In this document: in pieces, positions 30,683-40,440 of the stretch
Layout: each line of letters opens with the position of its first letter
Numbering within the stretch: position 1 is the first letter of the stretch
From: an uncultured Candidatus Rokubacteria bacterium
GTDB taxonomy: Bacteria; Methylomirabilota; Methylomirabilia; Rokubacteriales; DASRDR01
Direction of reading: 5' to 3'
Length of the DNA: 64,000 nucleotides
Assembly (NCBI GenBank): GCA_963708025.1
Contig: CAVPSB010000007.1
Span: forward strand, 42,653-106,652
The notes under the pieces: model-generated
Seen by the model: the letters and a program-made list of their open reading frames with translations, nothing else
What the model was told of the DNA's origin: nothing
Databases searched by the model: none
Translations under genes and position numbers: made by a program

Positions 30683-30728
30683 CAGGGGGACCTCGGGAGG
30701 TCTTCCGAGCCCCCCCCGGAGGCTCTCA
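30683..30728 (-). repeat. Family C element, partial copy
   Basis: TCGGGAGGTCTTCCGAG.CCCCCCGGAGG shared with ~35008-35037; abuts the stop of the Rieske gene. Confidence 0.7.
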
Positions 30729-31088
30729 GTCGTCCGGCGCGCCGGCGTCGGCCGTCACGATGACACGGTCGTCGGCGACGCGGACGGCCAGGCGATAGAG
30801 GCCGCCGCCCCCGCACGGGCCCCCGGCGCAGTGCCCGGTGTCCGGCTCGTACAGGGCCCCGTGGGTCGCGCAGATGAGCAGCCGGCCGTCATCGGTGAAG
30901 AACTCGTTCGGCCACCAGTCCAGGGGCGTGCCGGCGTGGATGCACTGGTTGACGTAGGCGTGGAAGGCGCCGTCGAAGTTCACCACGAAGGCCTCGACCC
31001 GGCGGCCGCGCCAGCGAAGCGGGAACTTCGCGGAGGCGCCGGGAGGAAGATCGCGGGTCGGTACGGACCACTCGTCGGGATCGCTCAT
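30726..31088 (-). CDS. Rieske [2Fe-2S] ferredoxin-like protein
   Basis: NQCIH..CATHGALY..GHCAGGPC. Confidence 0.9.
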   Translation of the reverse strand: MSDPDEWSVPTRDLPPGASAKFPLRWRGRRVEAFVVNFDGAFHAYVNQCIHAGTPLDWWPNEFFTDDGRLLICATHGALYEPDTGHCAGGPCGGGGLYRLAVRVADDRVIVTADAGAPDD

Positions 31089-31300
31089 GGGGGCCTCCTC
31101 GAAGACGCCAGGGTAGACCATCCGGTCTCGCGCCGCCAGAGGGAGGGGCAATGCGGGAGGGGCAATGCGCCGGCGGATCGGCGGCGTCCACCCGGCGGCG
31201 GTCCGGCCGACATGGCGAGAGAGGCCTTGCCGGCTGGGCGACAAGGGGGCTGGACCGGGCCGGCTGCGGAGGCGAGAAACCCGCGTGGTAGAGTGGGTTT

Positions 31301-32254
31301 GTGACGATCCACGCGTCCGAGCCCCCCGCCGTCGAGGTCCGCGACCTAGGGAAGACCTTCCGGTCGGGGTGGCCCCGACGCCGTGACCAGGCGGCCCTTC
31401 GCGGGGTGTCCTTCCAGGTTCCCCGGGGCGCCATCTTCGGCGTGCTGGGCCCGAACGGAGCCGGCAAGACGACCCTGCTGTCGATTCTCGCCACGCTCCT
31501 GCTTCCCGACCGCGGGGAAGCGCGGGTGCTCGGGCTCGATGTCGTCCGCGATGCCGCGCGGCTTCGCGAGCGGATCAACATGGCGGCGGGGAGCACCTCC
31601 TTCCCCTGGAGCCTTTCCTGCCGTGAGGTGCTCGACATCACCGGGCGGAGCTACGGCCTCGCGGGGCGCGAGCGGGCCCGCCGGGTGGGCGCGCTCCTGG
31701 ACCAGTTCGAGCTGGCGGCGTTCGCCGACACGCCGTACAACGAGCTGTCCACGGGGCTCAAGCAGCGACTGGCCCTCGCCAAGGGGTTCGTCAACGACCC
31801 CGAGGTCCTCATCCTCGACGAGCCAACGGTCGGCCTGGATCCCGACATCTCGGTCCGGATCCGCGAGCAAATCGCGACGCTCCGCCGGGCCCGACGGATC
31901 ACCATCCTGCTCTCGACCCATTACATGCGCGAGGCCGAGCAGCTCTGCGACGAGATCGTCTTCCTGCGAGACGGGTCGATCCTGGCCCGCGGAGAGGCGG
32001 CCACCCTCAAGCGCCAGATCCTGGCCGGTGACCGGATCGCCATGAGCGTGGAGGGCGACTGGAGCGGGGTGGCGGCGCTGCCGGGCGTCCTCTCGTGCCG
32101 GCGGGACGGGGGCCGGATCGAGTGCGTGGTGGACGACGCTCGGAAGCGACTGCCCGAGCTGTTCCGCTACCTGGTAGAGCAGGGGGTCGCGGTCAGCGAC
32201 GTGACGGTGGCGGAGCCGAATCTGGAGTCGGTCTTCATCGAGCTGGCCCGATGA
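31301..32254 (+). CDS. ABC transporter ATP-binding protein
   Basis: GPNGAGKTT, LSTGLKQR, LDEPT, STH. Confidence 0.93.
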   Translation: MTIHASEPPAVEVRDLGKTFRSGWPRRRDQAALRGVSFQVPRGAIFGVLGPNGAGKTTLLSILATLLLPDRGEARVLGLDVVRDAARLRERINMAAGSTSFPWSLSCREVLDITGRSYGLAGRERARRVGALLDQFELAAFADTPYNELSTGLKQRLALAKGFVNDPEVLILDEPTVGLDPDISVRIREQIATLRRARRITILLSTHYMREAEQLCDEIVFLRDGSILARGEAATLKRQILAGDRIAMSVEGDWSGVAALPGVLSCRRDGGRIECVVDDARKRLPELFRYLVEQGVAVSDVTVAEPNLESVFIELAR

Positions 32255-32350
32255 GGGCGTGTGAGGCATTCGGCTCCCTCCGGCTCCCCCCTCCCCCCGG
32301 TGGGTGGGGGAGGGGGGTTGGGGGGGGGTAGGCGGGAGGTTCCAAATTGA
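32252..32350 (+). repeat. Family A element, copy 6
   Basis: Starts at the ATPase stop TGA; its 3' end overlaps the TTG start at 32347. Confidence 0.9.
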
Positions 32351-33144
32351 CGGCGCTGAGGCGGGAGGCGATCAAGACCTCGGCCTTCTTCCTCAAGAGC
32401 TGGCGCATGACGCGGCGGAACGCCCTGACCGTCTTCGAGGTGGTGTTCTGGCCCGTCGTCAGCCTCCTCTCGGTGGGGCTCATGACGGCGTTCCTCGGCG
32501 TCGATCCGCGGACCACCGTCTTCGTGCTCATCGGGACCCTGGCCTTCTCGGTCGTCCAGGTGTGCCAGCTCGACGTCGCCTACGTCGTCCTGTTCGACAT
32601 GTGGGGCAAGAGCCTCCGCCACCAGTTCCTCGCGCCCGTTCAACCCTGGCACATGGCGCTGGGGGGCTGGCTGATGGGCGCGCTGCGGGGGGTCGTTGTC
32701 TTCGTGTTGATGGCCGGCGTGGGCCGATGGGCGTTCGGCGTCAGCTTCTTCGACCAAGGGTGGGCGCCCACGGTCGGGTTCGTCCTCGGGCTCCTGCTGT
32801 CCGCGGGCGGGATTGGGCTGATCGTGGCGGCCCTGCTGCTCCTGTTCGGCGTCCACGCCGAGGTCACCGCGTGGTCCGGCGTCAGCCTGGTCCTGCTCCT
32901 CTGCGGCATCTACTATCCGGTCTCGATGCTGCCGGCGCCCCTGGCCACGGTGGCGGCCGCCATCCCCCTGACCTACTTCCTCGAGGCCTTCCGCCAGGGC
33001 TACGGCTTCGCCCCCGTCTTCCCGGTTCCCTGGCTCCGGGGCTTCGCGATGGCCCTGGCCTACCTCACGGCCGGCTACGCCACCTTCACCTGGGCGATCT
33101 CCCGGGCGCGGCGAACCGGCATGCTCCTGAAGCTCTCTGACTAG
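32347..33144 (+). CDS. ABC-2 type permease
   Basis: About six hydrophobic segments; CGIYYPVSMLP..IPLTYFLEAFR. Confidence 0.88.
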   Translation: MTALRREAIKTSAFFLKSWRMTRRNALTVFEVVFWPVVSLLSVGLMTAFLGVDPRTTVFVLIGTLAFSVVQVCQLDVAYVVLFDMWGKSLRHQFLAPVQPWHMALGGWLMGALRGVVVFVLMAGVGRWAFGVSFFDQGWAPTVGFVLGLLLSAGGIGLIVAALLLLFGVHAEVTAWSGVSLVLLLCGIYYPVSMLPAPLATVAAAIPLTYFLEAFRQGYGFAPVFPVPWLRGFAMALAYLTAGYATFTWAISRARRTGMLLKLSD

Positions 33145-33283
33145 AATCGTACCGCGCCGGGCCTGGCCGGCCGGTGGTCCGGGGGCAGACCGAGGCCTCG
33201 CCTGGCCGCAGGCCGACGCGACGCGGGCCGGAAGTGCCGGAGTTCCAGGGGTTTCCGATTCGTTGGTGCTGCCGTCCGGGAGT

Positions 33284-33299
33284 TGGCACCGCGCTGGCA
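33284..33299 (+). promoter_or_regulatory. Possible sigma54 (-24/-12) promoter
   Basis: TGGCAC-N5-TGGCA, one mismatch to TGGCAC-N5-TTGCW. Confidence 0.4.
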
Positions 33300-33330
33300 T
33301 AATCAAGGCAAGGAAGGAGGACGCCTAGCG

Positions 33331-34398
33331 GTGGACGGCACGGTCTGGCGGTGGTTCTGCGGGGTCGCCGACCGGCAGCGTGCCCGCCGGGTCCCGCTCC
33401 CCGGGCTGGTCACCTGCGGAACGAGCCCCCTGTCCGAGGCCGACTGCCTGGATCCGCGGTGCCTGGACGATCCCTCCCGCCTGTACCCGCCGCCTGCCCC
33501 GGTCAAGCCCGATGTCTGGGAGACGATCGACCAGGCGGACGGCGTTGAGGTCGAGAGGCTCTCCTTCCCCAGCTCGGCGCCCTTCGGGATCACCCTCAAC
33601 GATCGCGTGACGGTCCGTTTCTTCCGGCCGGCCAGTCGCCCACCCGTGTTCAGCCTCCTGATCCTTCACGGGATCTGGCGGCAGGACCAGGAGTTCGAGG
33701 ACAAGCTCTGCCGCTCCCTGGCCCGGCAACGCGTGAGCTCGGCGCTGATCTCGCTGCCCTTCCACTGGGAGCGGGCACCCGAGGGAGCACCCAGCGGGGC
33801 CTACTTCCTCTCGGGCAACCCGCTCTGGACCTCGTCGGCGTTCCGGCAGGCGCTCATCGACGCGCGGGGCGTGTTAGGCCTCCTGCGTGGCCGCGGGGTG
33901 CCCGTCGGCGTGTTCGGATTCAGCCTGGGCGGGATCATCGCGCACATGCTGATGGCGATCGAGCCGCTCGATTTCGGCGGCTCCGCCTTCGCCGGCGGCG
34001 ACACCGCCGGCATCGTCTGGGAAGGCGTCCTGACCCAGCCGTACCGCGAGGCGATGGAGGCCGGAGGGGTCACCCGGGAACGGCTCTCTCAGCTCTGGGC
34101 GACCGGAGACCCGACCCGGTATGCCCACTTGCGCCGGCCCTCGCGAATGCTTATGCTCAACGCACGGTACGACCTGTGCGTGCCGCTCCGGTTCACCCTG
34201 GCACTGTGGCGGGCCCTCTGCGAGCCGTCGATCCGGTGGCTCCCGGCCGGTCACATCACGGGGTTCCTCTTCCGCGACACGATCGTGGCCGAGGTACTGG
34301 CAGCCCTGGGGCTGCCGCGCCCGGTGCAGGCGTCACGACGCCTCGGCCTTCCGTGGCGCGTGGAGCCGGCGGCGCACCAGATCCGCTGGGCGTCCTAG
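33331..34398 (+). CDS. Alpha/beta hydrolase family protein
   Basis: SLPFHWER, GFSLGG nucleophile elbow, RYDLCVP, WLPAGH; SD AGGAGG before the GTG. Confidence 0.85.
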   Translation: MDGTVWRWFCGVADRQRARRVPLPGLVTCGTSPLSEADCLDPRCLDDPSRLYPPPAPVKPDVWETIDQADGVEVERLSFPSSAPFGITLNDRVTVRFFRPASRPPVFSLLILHGIWRQDQEFEDKLCRSLARQRVSSALISLPFHWERAPEGAPSGAYFLSGNPLWTSSAFRQALIDARGVLGLLRGRGVPVGVFGFSLGGIIAHMLMAIEPLDFGGSAFAGGDTAGIVWEGVLTQPYREAMEAGGVTRERLSQLWATGDPTRYAHLRRPSRMLMLNARYDLCVPLRFTLALWRALCEPSIRWLPAGHITGFLFRDTIVAEVLAALGLPRPVQASRRLGLPWRVEPAAHQIRWAS

Positions 34399-34431
34399 GG
34401 GGTCCAGGCCGGCCGTAAGGGGGTCAGGCCG

Positions 34432-34818
34432 ATGGTCGGGCATCTGGTTCGGACGGTGAGCGCCCTGGCGCTCGCGCTCGCGTTCGGCCTGCCTGCGGTC
34501 GAGGCGGCCGAGCGCCTGCTCCGCTACTCTGGGAAGGTCGAGCGGGTGGACCTCGACGAAGGGGTGGTGGTCGTGGACGAGATGGCTGCCCGGGGCCACC
34601 GCCGCCGCCACGCTCTCCATGTCAGTCCCGAGACACCCATCGTCACCGCCGAGCGCTTGCGCCCCTGGGAGATGCGGGGCAACGGCGCCTTCGAGGAGAT
34701 CGCGGTCTCGCTGCTGGACGTGATCACCGGGGACTTCGTGGTGGTCGAGTCCACGGAGGAGGGGGGCCGCCTGGTGGTGGTGCGCATCACGATCGTCGAC
34801 AACCGCCGCCGGCCCTAG
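34432..34818 (+). CDS. Hypothetical exported beta-rich protein
   Basis: Signal peptide; SGKVERVD..GDFVVVE pattern suggests an OB-like fold. Confidence 0.7.
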   Translation: MVGHLVRTVSALALALAFGLPAVEAAERLLRYSGKVERVDLDEGVVVVDEMAARGHRRRHALHVSPETPIVTAERLRPWEMRGNGAFEEIAVSLLDVITGDFVVVESTEEGGRLVVVRITIVDNRRRP

Positions 34819-34884
34819 TCGTCAGCTCTTCGGGCCCTCCCGCCCACCGGCACCCATTGGGCCAAGGTCTGTGCCGCGGGGAAG

Positions 34885-35043
34885 ATGCCGGCGCCTCCTA
34901 TTCCGTCCCACCCGCCCATCGTCGTCTCGCAACCCTTTGGCGCTGGCGGCTCGGCCGAGGCGTTCCGCTCCGAGCCGCGGCTTCGCCGCGGCCTCCGAGG
35001 GGGGGCATCGGGAGGTCTTCCGAGACCCCCCGGAGGCGCTTCA
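34885..35043 (-). repeat. Family C element, full copy
   Basis: Core GCGTTCCGCT..GAGCCGCGGCTTCGCCGCGGCCTCCG..GGGGGG..CCGAGACCCCCC; begins at the moeA stop. Confidence 0.85.
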
Positions 35044-36234
35044 GAGCGGCTCGACGAGGACCGGCTCGCCGGCCTTCACGTCGCCGCGGTCCTCCTCGAG
35101 GATGATCAGGCAGTTGGCCGCCACCATCGAGGAGAGGATGCCGGAGCCCTGGGGGCCGGTGGTGGAGACCTCCCAGCCCCGCTCGCCGAAGCCGAGGATT
35201 CCCCGCTTGAACTCGCGCCGCCCGGGCTTCTTCCGCATCGGCTCGGTCGCGGTCGCGGTGAAGCGGGACGGCTCGAGCTCCCGGCGGCCTGCGAGCTTCC
35301 AGAGCGCCGGCCGCACGAAGAGGAGGAAGCAGAGCATCGAGGCGACCGGGTTCCCCGGCAGGCCGAAGAAGTGGCTCTCGCCGATCCGGCCGACCGCCAT
35401 CGGCCGCCCCGGCTGCATCGCCACCTGCCAGAAGTCGATTCCGCCGATCTCGGCCAGGACCTGCTTGACCAGATCGTAGACCCCGACCGACACGCCGCCC
35501 GAGCTCACCACGACGTGCGCGACCTCGGCCGCCTCGACGAGGCGCGTGCGCAGCACATCCCGGAGGTCGGGAACGATCCCGAAGTCGATGGGAGTGGCCC
35601 CGGCCGCCTCGACCAGCCCGTGGAGGGAGAAGCGGTTGGCGTCGTAGATCTGCCCGGGCTTGCGCGGCAGCCCGGGCTCGACCACCTCGTCGCCGGTCGA
35701 GAGCAGGACGACCCGCGGGCGGCCGTGGACCCAGACGTCGGGAAGGCCGAGCGAGGCGAGGAGTCCCAGCTCCTGTGGCCGGAGGACGGTCCCGCCGCGG
35801 AGCACCTCGGTGCCGGCCGAAACGTCCTCGCCGCGGGCCCGCACGTTCGCGCCGGGCTCCACGGGCTGGAGCCAGACCGCGTCCTCGTCCCTCTCCGCCA
35901 GCTCCTGGGGCACGACGGTGTCGGCGCCGGCCGGCATCGGGGCGCCGGTCATGATGCGGAGGGCCTCGCCGGGGCCCAGCGTCCCCGCGTAGGTCGAGCC
36001 GGCCGGGAGGTCGCTGACCACCCGCAGCCGAGCGGTCCCGCCCGCCTTCAGGTCCGCCGCCCGCACCGCATAGCCGTAGACGGCCGAGTTGTCGGCGGGG
36101 GGCACATCGAAGGGCGCGAGCACGTCCCGGGCGAGCACGCAGCCCAGCGCGTGCGCGACCGACACCGACTCCGGTGAGATCGGGCGGATGACCTGGGCCA
36201 GGATTCGAGCCTGCCCGTCGGCGACGGAGATCAT
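35041..36234 (-). CDS. moeA: Molybdopterin molybdotransferase
   Basis: IMTGAPMP, STGDE, SSGGVSVG, QPGRP, GLPGNPVAS, QGSG. Confidence 0.95.
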   Translation of the reverse strand: MISVADGQARILAQVIRPISPESVSVAHALGCVLARDVLAPFDVPPADNSAVYGYAVRAADLKAGGTARLRVVSDLPAGSTYAGTLGPGEALRIMTGAPMPAGADTVVPQELAERDEDAVWLQPVEPGANVRARGEDVSAGTEVLRGGTVLRPQELGLLASLGLPDVWVHGRPRVVLLSTGDEVVEPGLPRKPGQIYDANRFSLHGLVEAAGATPIDFGIVPDLRDVLRTRLVEAAEVAHVVVSSGGVSVGVYDLVKQVLAEIGGIDFWQVAMQPGRPMAVGRIGESHFFGLPGNPVASMLCFLLFVRPALWKLAGRRELEPSRFTATATEPMRKKPGRREFKRGILGFGERGWEVSTTGPQGSGILSSMVAANCLIILEEDRGDVKAGEPVLVEPL

Positions 36235-36304
36235 GACGTTCGATCGGTATTATACTCGCCGGCGGCCCGCGCTCCGGGTCCGCCCTCTGGTATAGTGGCG
36301 GGCG

Positions 36305-36811
36305 ATGACCGCCCGGGAGTCCCCACTCGACCTGCCATCCGGATGGGCGGCCCCGCCCTGGGCGGACGCCACGACGCCATCGCCGGCCGCCGACGGGAGC
36401 TTCGCGGCGCTGCGCCCTGCCGGCTTCTGGCTGAGGGCCGGCGCCCTCGCGGTGGATGCCGGGGTTTGGTGGCTGCTCCTCCGGCTCGGAGACCTGGGCA
36501 CCGGGACCCTGGGGCGCTGGGAGCTGATCGCGCGCGCCTTCGACTACACCTTCGGGCTCGTCGTCCCCGCCGCTTACGTCGTGGTGATGCACGGGACCTC
36601 CGGCCGGACGCTCGGCAAGATGCTGGTGGGCGCTCGGGTCGTGAGCGTGTCCGGCGAGCCGATCGGCTACCCGCGAGCGCTGGCCCGGTATCTGGCCTGG
36701 TTCCTCTCGGCGCTCCCCCTGCTTCTGGGCTTCGTCATGGCCGCGGTGCGGCCGGACCGGCGCGCGCTGCACGATCTGGTCGTCGGCACCCGCGTCGTGC
36801 GCGCTCGGTGA
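36305..36811 (+). CDS. RDD family protein
   Basis: AGFWLRAGALAVD, GRTLGKM, RRALHDLVVGTRVV. Confidence 0.9.
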   Translation: MTARESPLDLPSGWAAPPWADATTPSPAADGSFAALRPAGFWLRAGALAVDAGVWWLLLRLGDLGTGTLGRWELIARAFDYTFGLVVPAAYVVVMHGTSGRTLGKMLVGARVVSVSGEPIGYPRALARYLAWFLSALPLLLGFVMAAVRPDRRALHDLVVGTRVVRAR

Positions 36812-36836
36812 CCCCGCGCGCTATCATGAGGGCGCG

Positions 36837-37961
36837 ATGAGCCTGCAGGTCCTTCGCGAGGCGTGGGAGCGTCTGTCGCTGGGTGAGCGGCTCGGGCTGG
36901 CCACCCTGGTCGCGACTCGCGGCTCGACGCCCCAGAGAGTCGGCGCCCGCATCCTGGTGCGCGCCGACGGCGCCTCCCTCGGCACCCTGGGCGGCGGGGC
37001 GGTGGAGGCCGAGGCCGTCCGGGAGGCGGCGCTCCGCATCGGCTGGGGAGAGGCGACCCTTCACGAGTACACGCTGTCAACCGGCACCGACGAGTGGGGC
37101 CTGGCCTGCGGCGGAACCATGCTGGTCTTCATCGAGCCCCTCGACGAGCGCTCGCTGGACTGGCTCTCCGCGGCGCTGGAGGCGCAGTCGGGGGGTGACC
37201 CGGTCGCGCCGGTCACGCTGCTCGAGGGCGCCCGGGCGGGCTCCCGCTTTCTCGTTCGCGAGAGCGGGACCACGGGGGGCCTGGGCGATCCGGTGCTCGA
37301 TGGCGAGGCGGTCCAGATCGGGCGCCGCGTCCTGACCGAGGAGCGTCCGGCGCTCCGGTCGGTCGCCGGGACACGCCTGTACGCGGAGAGCTTCGCGCCC
37401 ACCCCGGCACTCGTCATCGTGGGGGCCGGCCATGTCGGGAAGGCCCTGGCCACTCTCGGGAAGTTCCTCGACCTCGAGGTCAGCGTGATCGACGACCGTC
37501 CCGAGTACGCGACGCCGGAGCGCTTCCCCGAAGCTGATCGGGTGATCGCCGCGCCGGTCGCGACGGCAGTCGCCGAGCTCCGGGTCTCGCCGCGGACGGC
37601 GATCGTGGTCGCGATGCGGAACCACGACCTCGACTACGAGGCCACGGCCGCCGCCCTCCGCACCCCGGCCCGTCACGTCGGGCTCATCGGCTCCCGGCGC
37701 AAGGCGATCCTCGTGGCCCAGCGCCTCCTCGGCGCCGGTATCCCCGCCGAGCGAGTGCGCGCGCTCCGCAGCCCGATCGGGCTCGACATCGGCGCCGCCA
37801 CGCCGCCCGAGATCGCCCTGGCGATCCTCGGTGAGTGGATCATGCTCCGGCAGGGCGCCGCCGGAAAGCCGCTCCAGCTGGAGCCGGACCTCCTGGCCAA
37901 GGCGGCCGAGCGGGCCGAGGCGGCCCGGACCCCACGCGGCGCCGAGAGCGACGACCGCTGA
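36837..37961 (+). CDS. XdhC/CoxI family Moco maturation factor
   Basis: GSTPQRVGA, GTLGGG, GLACGG, GAGHVG, GLIGSRRK, SPIGLDIGAATPPEIALAI. Confidence 0.92.
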   Translation: MSLQVLREAWERLSLGERLGLATLVATRGSTPQRVGARILVRADGASLGTLGGGAVEAEAVREAALRIGWGEATLHEYTLSTGTDEWGLACGGTMLVFIEPLDERSLDWLSAALEAQSGGDPVAPVTLLEGARAGSRFLVRESGTTGGLGDPVLDGEAVQIGRRVLTEERPALRSVAGTRLYAESFAPTPALVIVGAGHVGKALATLGKFLDLEVSVIDDRPEYATPERFPEADRVIAAPVATAVAELRVSPRTAIVVAMRNHDLDYEATAAALRTPARHVGLIGSRRKAILVAQRLLGAGIPAERVRALRSPIGLDIGAATPPEIALAILGEWIMLRQGAAGKPLQLEPDLLAKAAERAEAARTPRGAESDDR

Positions 37962-37969
37962 CCGGTCCC

Positions 37970-38650
37970 GTGCCGCCCGGGGCGTTCCCCGTGGCCGTCG
38001 CCCTCCCTCTCGGTGTCCGGAACCGCCTCGCCGAGCTGATCCTGGGGGCCTTCGACGAGCCGGCCGCCCGGGCGACGCTCGAGGCGCTGGCCGCCTTCTG
38101 CCGGGATCGCCAGCTCGACCCGGAGGCGGCGTCGCGGCTGGTCAACCTCGGCTGGTTCGAGGCGACCGGGTCCGGGCGCGTGCGCCTGCTCGGCGCCCAT
38201 CGCGCGCACCGGGCGGCGCTCTGCCACCGGGCGACGGCGGCGGTCGCGCTGCTCGACGACCCCGCGACGGCCGGCGCCGGGACCCTGACCGGGCTGCTCG
38301 GGCGCGCGGCACGGCTCGGCGACGCGGGGCTCTACTTCGAGGTACACGAGCTGCTCGAGCCCCGCTGGATGCGCGCCGAGGGAGCCGAGCGGCTCGCGCT
38401 CCAGGGATTGATCCAAGTCGCCGTCGCGCTCCATCACGCCGAGCAGTCCAATCGCCGAGGTGCGATCTCGCTCATGGGCGAGGGGCTGGCCAAGCTCGAT
38501 GCCGCCGTCGCGGCGTTGCCGCTCGACACCGTCGAGTGGAGGAAGGGTCTCACCACCTGTCTCGCCGCCTGGCGCCTGAATCTGCCCGCGCCCGGCCCTC
38601 CACTCTGGCCGGCGCCGGCGGCGACCGCACGATCGGGCCATCGCGAATAG
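37970..38650 (+). CDS. DUF309 domain protein
   Basis: YFEVHELLEPRW..LQGLIQVAVALHH; start uncertain. Confidence 0.8.
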   Translation: MPPGAFPVAVALPLGVRNRLAELILGAFDEPAARATLEALAAFCRDRQLDPEAASRLVNLGWFEATGSGRVRLLGAHRAHRAALCHRATAAVALLDDPATAGAGTLTGLLGRAARLGDAGLYFEVHELLEPRWMRAEGAERLALQGLIQVAVALHHAEQSNRRGAISLMGEGLAKLDAAVAALPLDTVEWRKGLTTCLAAWRLNLPAPGPPLWPAPAATARSGHRE

Positions 38651-38659
38651 GAGGCGAAC

Positions 38660-39451
38660 GTGGAGCTGGGGCTGCAGGGACGAGTGGCGTTGGTCACCGG
38701 GGGCTCGAAGGGGATCGGGCGGGCGTGCGCGGCCGCGTTCGCGGCCGAGGGCGCGCGCCTGGCGCTCTGCGCGCGGGGCGCCGAGGGGCTGGCGAGCGTC
38801 GCGGAGGAGCTGGGCGCGAAGGGCGCCGAGGTGCTCACGATCGCCGCCGATCTCGCGGAGCCGGAGGCGGCGCGGCGAGTCGTCGAGGGCGTCCTCGCCC
38901 GGTTCGGGCGGCTGGACATCCTGGTGAACAACGCCGGCGCCATCCGCGGCGGCGATTTCCTCGGCACGCCGGCCGAGCAGTGGGCGGAGGACTGGCGACT
39001 CAAGATCCTCGGCTACACTCGCCTGGCCCAGGCCGTCCTCCCCCCCATGCGGGCGCGGCGCTGGGGCCGCATCATCAACATCATCGGGGCCGCCGCCCGG
39101 AACCCCACGCCGGACTACATGGCCGGCGGCATCGCCAACGCGGGTCTCATCAATTTCACTCGCGCGCTGGCCGACCTCGGCGCGCCGGATCAGATCCTCG
39201 TCACGGCGGTGAGCCCCGGGGCGACCGCGACCGAGCGGTGGGACGGTCTGGTCGCCCAGCGGGCACGCGCCCAGGGACGCGCCTCCGAGGATCTCCGTCG
39301 TGAGCTCGAGCGGGCCCAGCCGCTGGGGCGGATCGGCCGGCCCGAAGACGTGGCCGATCTGGTCGTCTTCCTCGCCTCCGAGCGCGCGAGCTTCCTGACC
39401 GGTGTGTCGATCACGGTGGACGGGGGGACCAGCCGCGGCGTCTACCTGTAG
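38660..39451 (+). CDS. SDR family oxidoreductase
   Basis: MELGLQGRVALVTGGSKGIG, DILVNNAG, PLGRIGRPEDVA. Confidence 0.93.
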   Translation: MELGLQGRVALVTGGSKGIGRACAAAFAAEGARLALCARGAEGLASVAEELGAKGAEVLTIAADLAEPEAARRVVEGVLARFGRLDILVNNAGAIRGGDFLGTPAEQWAEDWRLKILGYTRLAQAVLPPMRARRWGRIINIIGAAARNPTPDYMAGGIANAGLINFTRALADLGAPDQILVTAVSPGATATERWDGLVAQRARAQGRASEDLRRELERAQPLGRIGRPEDVADLVVFLASERASFLTGVSITVDGGTSRGVYL

Positions 39452-39651
39452 CGGGGCCGATGAGCGTCGCAATGTTCGTCTCGGTCGTGACGCGGTCGGC
39501 CTGCGGCCTCGCGTCCGTCCCGACCTCTGGTCGTCCTCGGTCGTCGCCGATCCTCGGCGTACCAGGAGTACGCCTCCGGTCGGGGACTCCCTGCGTCCTT
39601 CGGACGGCCTTCGGCCTGTGGGCGCTGCTCGCTCCTCGGCCCCGCTCCTAG
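39449..39651 (+). mobile_element. Family B element, copy 3
   Basis: TAG-CGGGGCCGATGAGCG ... CGCTCCTCGGCCCCG-CTCCTAG; starts at the SDR stop. Confidence 0.8.
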
Positions 39652-39695
39652 GTCCCTGGTGTTTTCCACTTAGGTGGTTTTGCGGAAAAACCTGC

Positions 39696-39725
39696 TTGAC
39701 ACCGTGCCGGGCCCGCGGGTAGCTT
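39696..39725 (+). promoter_or_regulatory. Sigma70-like promoter of the RRM gene
   Basis: TTGACA-N18-TAGCTT with AT-rich upstream sequence. Confidence 0.5.
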
Positions 39726-39835
39726 GTTACCCGGCGCGAAGGGACAGAACGTGCCGCCTCATCCGTCCAGGTGCCCTCAAAGAGTCGCGGCTCTTTGAGG
39801 GAGTTATCGTCTCGGCCCCATTCAGGAGGTACGAG

Positions 39836-40171
39836 ATGTCAGCCAAGCTCTTCGTGGGCAACCTGTCGTACCAGGCGACGGAGGAGGACCTGCGCGAGCT
39901 GTTCCAGCAGGCCGGTACCGTCGAGTCGGTGCGCATCATCACGGACCAGTTCACGGGTCGGCCCCGGGGGTTCGGCTTCGTGGAGATGTCCACGAAGGAG
40001 GAGGCCGAGCGCGCCATCGAGCAGCTCAACGGCCGGCTCTTCCGCGATCGTAACCTGGTGGTGAACGAAGCCCGGCCGCAGCCCAGCCGGAGCCCCGGTG
40101 GCAGCCGGGGCGGGGGACGCCGCGAGGGGGGACCTGGCGGTGGTGGGGGCGGCGGATGGGGGCGCCGGTAG
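39836..40171 (+). CDS. RRM RNA-binding protein with Gly-rich tail
   Basis: KLFVGNL (RNP2) and RGFGFVEM (RNP1); SD AGGAGGT. Confidence 0.95.
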   Translation: MSAKLFVGNLSYQATEEDLRELFQQAGTVESVRIITDQFTGRPRGFGFVEMSTKEEAERAIEQLNGRLFRDRNLVVNEARPQPSRSPGGSRGGGRREGGPGGGGGGGWGRR

Positions 40172-40285
40172 GCGACGGCGTCACGATCAGGTAGTCCGGA
40201 ATCGAGAGCCGGGGCCGAGCAGGCCTCAACTCTCTTTCTCCCCGCCCGCGGCCGCCGCCCGCCGATCTCGCAGCCCATGAAGAAG

Positions 40286-40440
40286 TGCCGGCGGCGGCTC
40301 CCATTCCCACCGCCCGTCGGGTGCTCGCGACCCTCTGGCTGTGGCCACGCGGCCGTGGCGTTCCGCTTTTGAGCCGCGCCTTCGCCGCGGCCTCCGCGGG
40401 GGGGCTTCAGACGGTCGTCCGAGACCCCCCGAAGATCTCA
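40286..40440 (-). repeat. Family C element, full copy
   Basis: Same core as 34885-35043; begins at the stop of the 40438-40746 gene. Confidence 0.8.
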
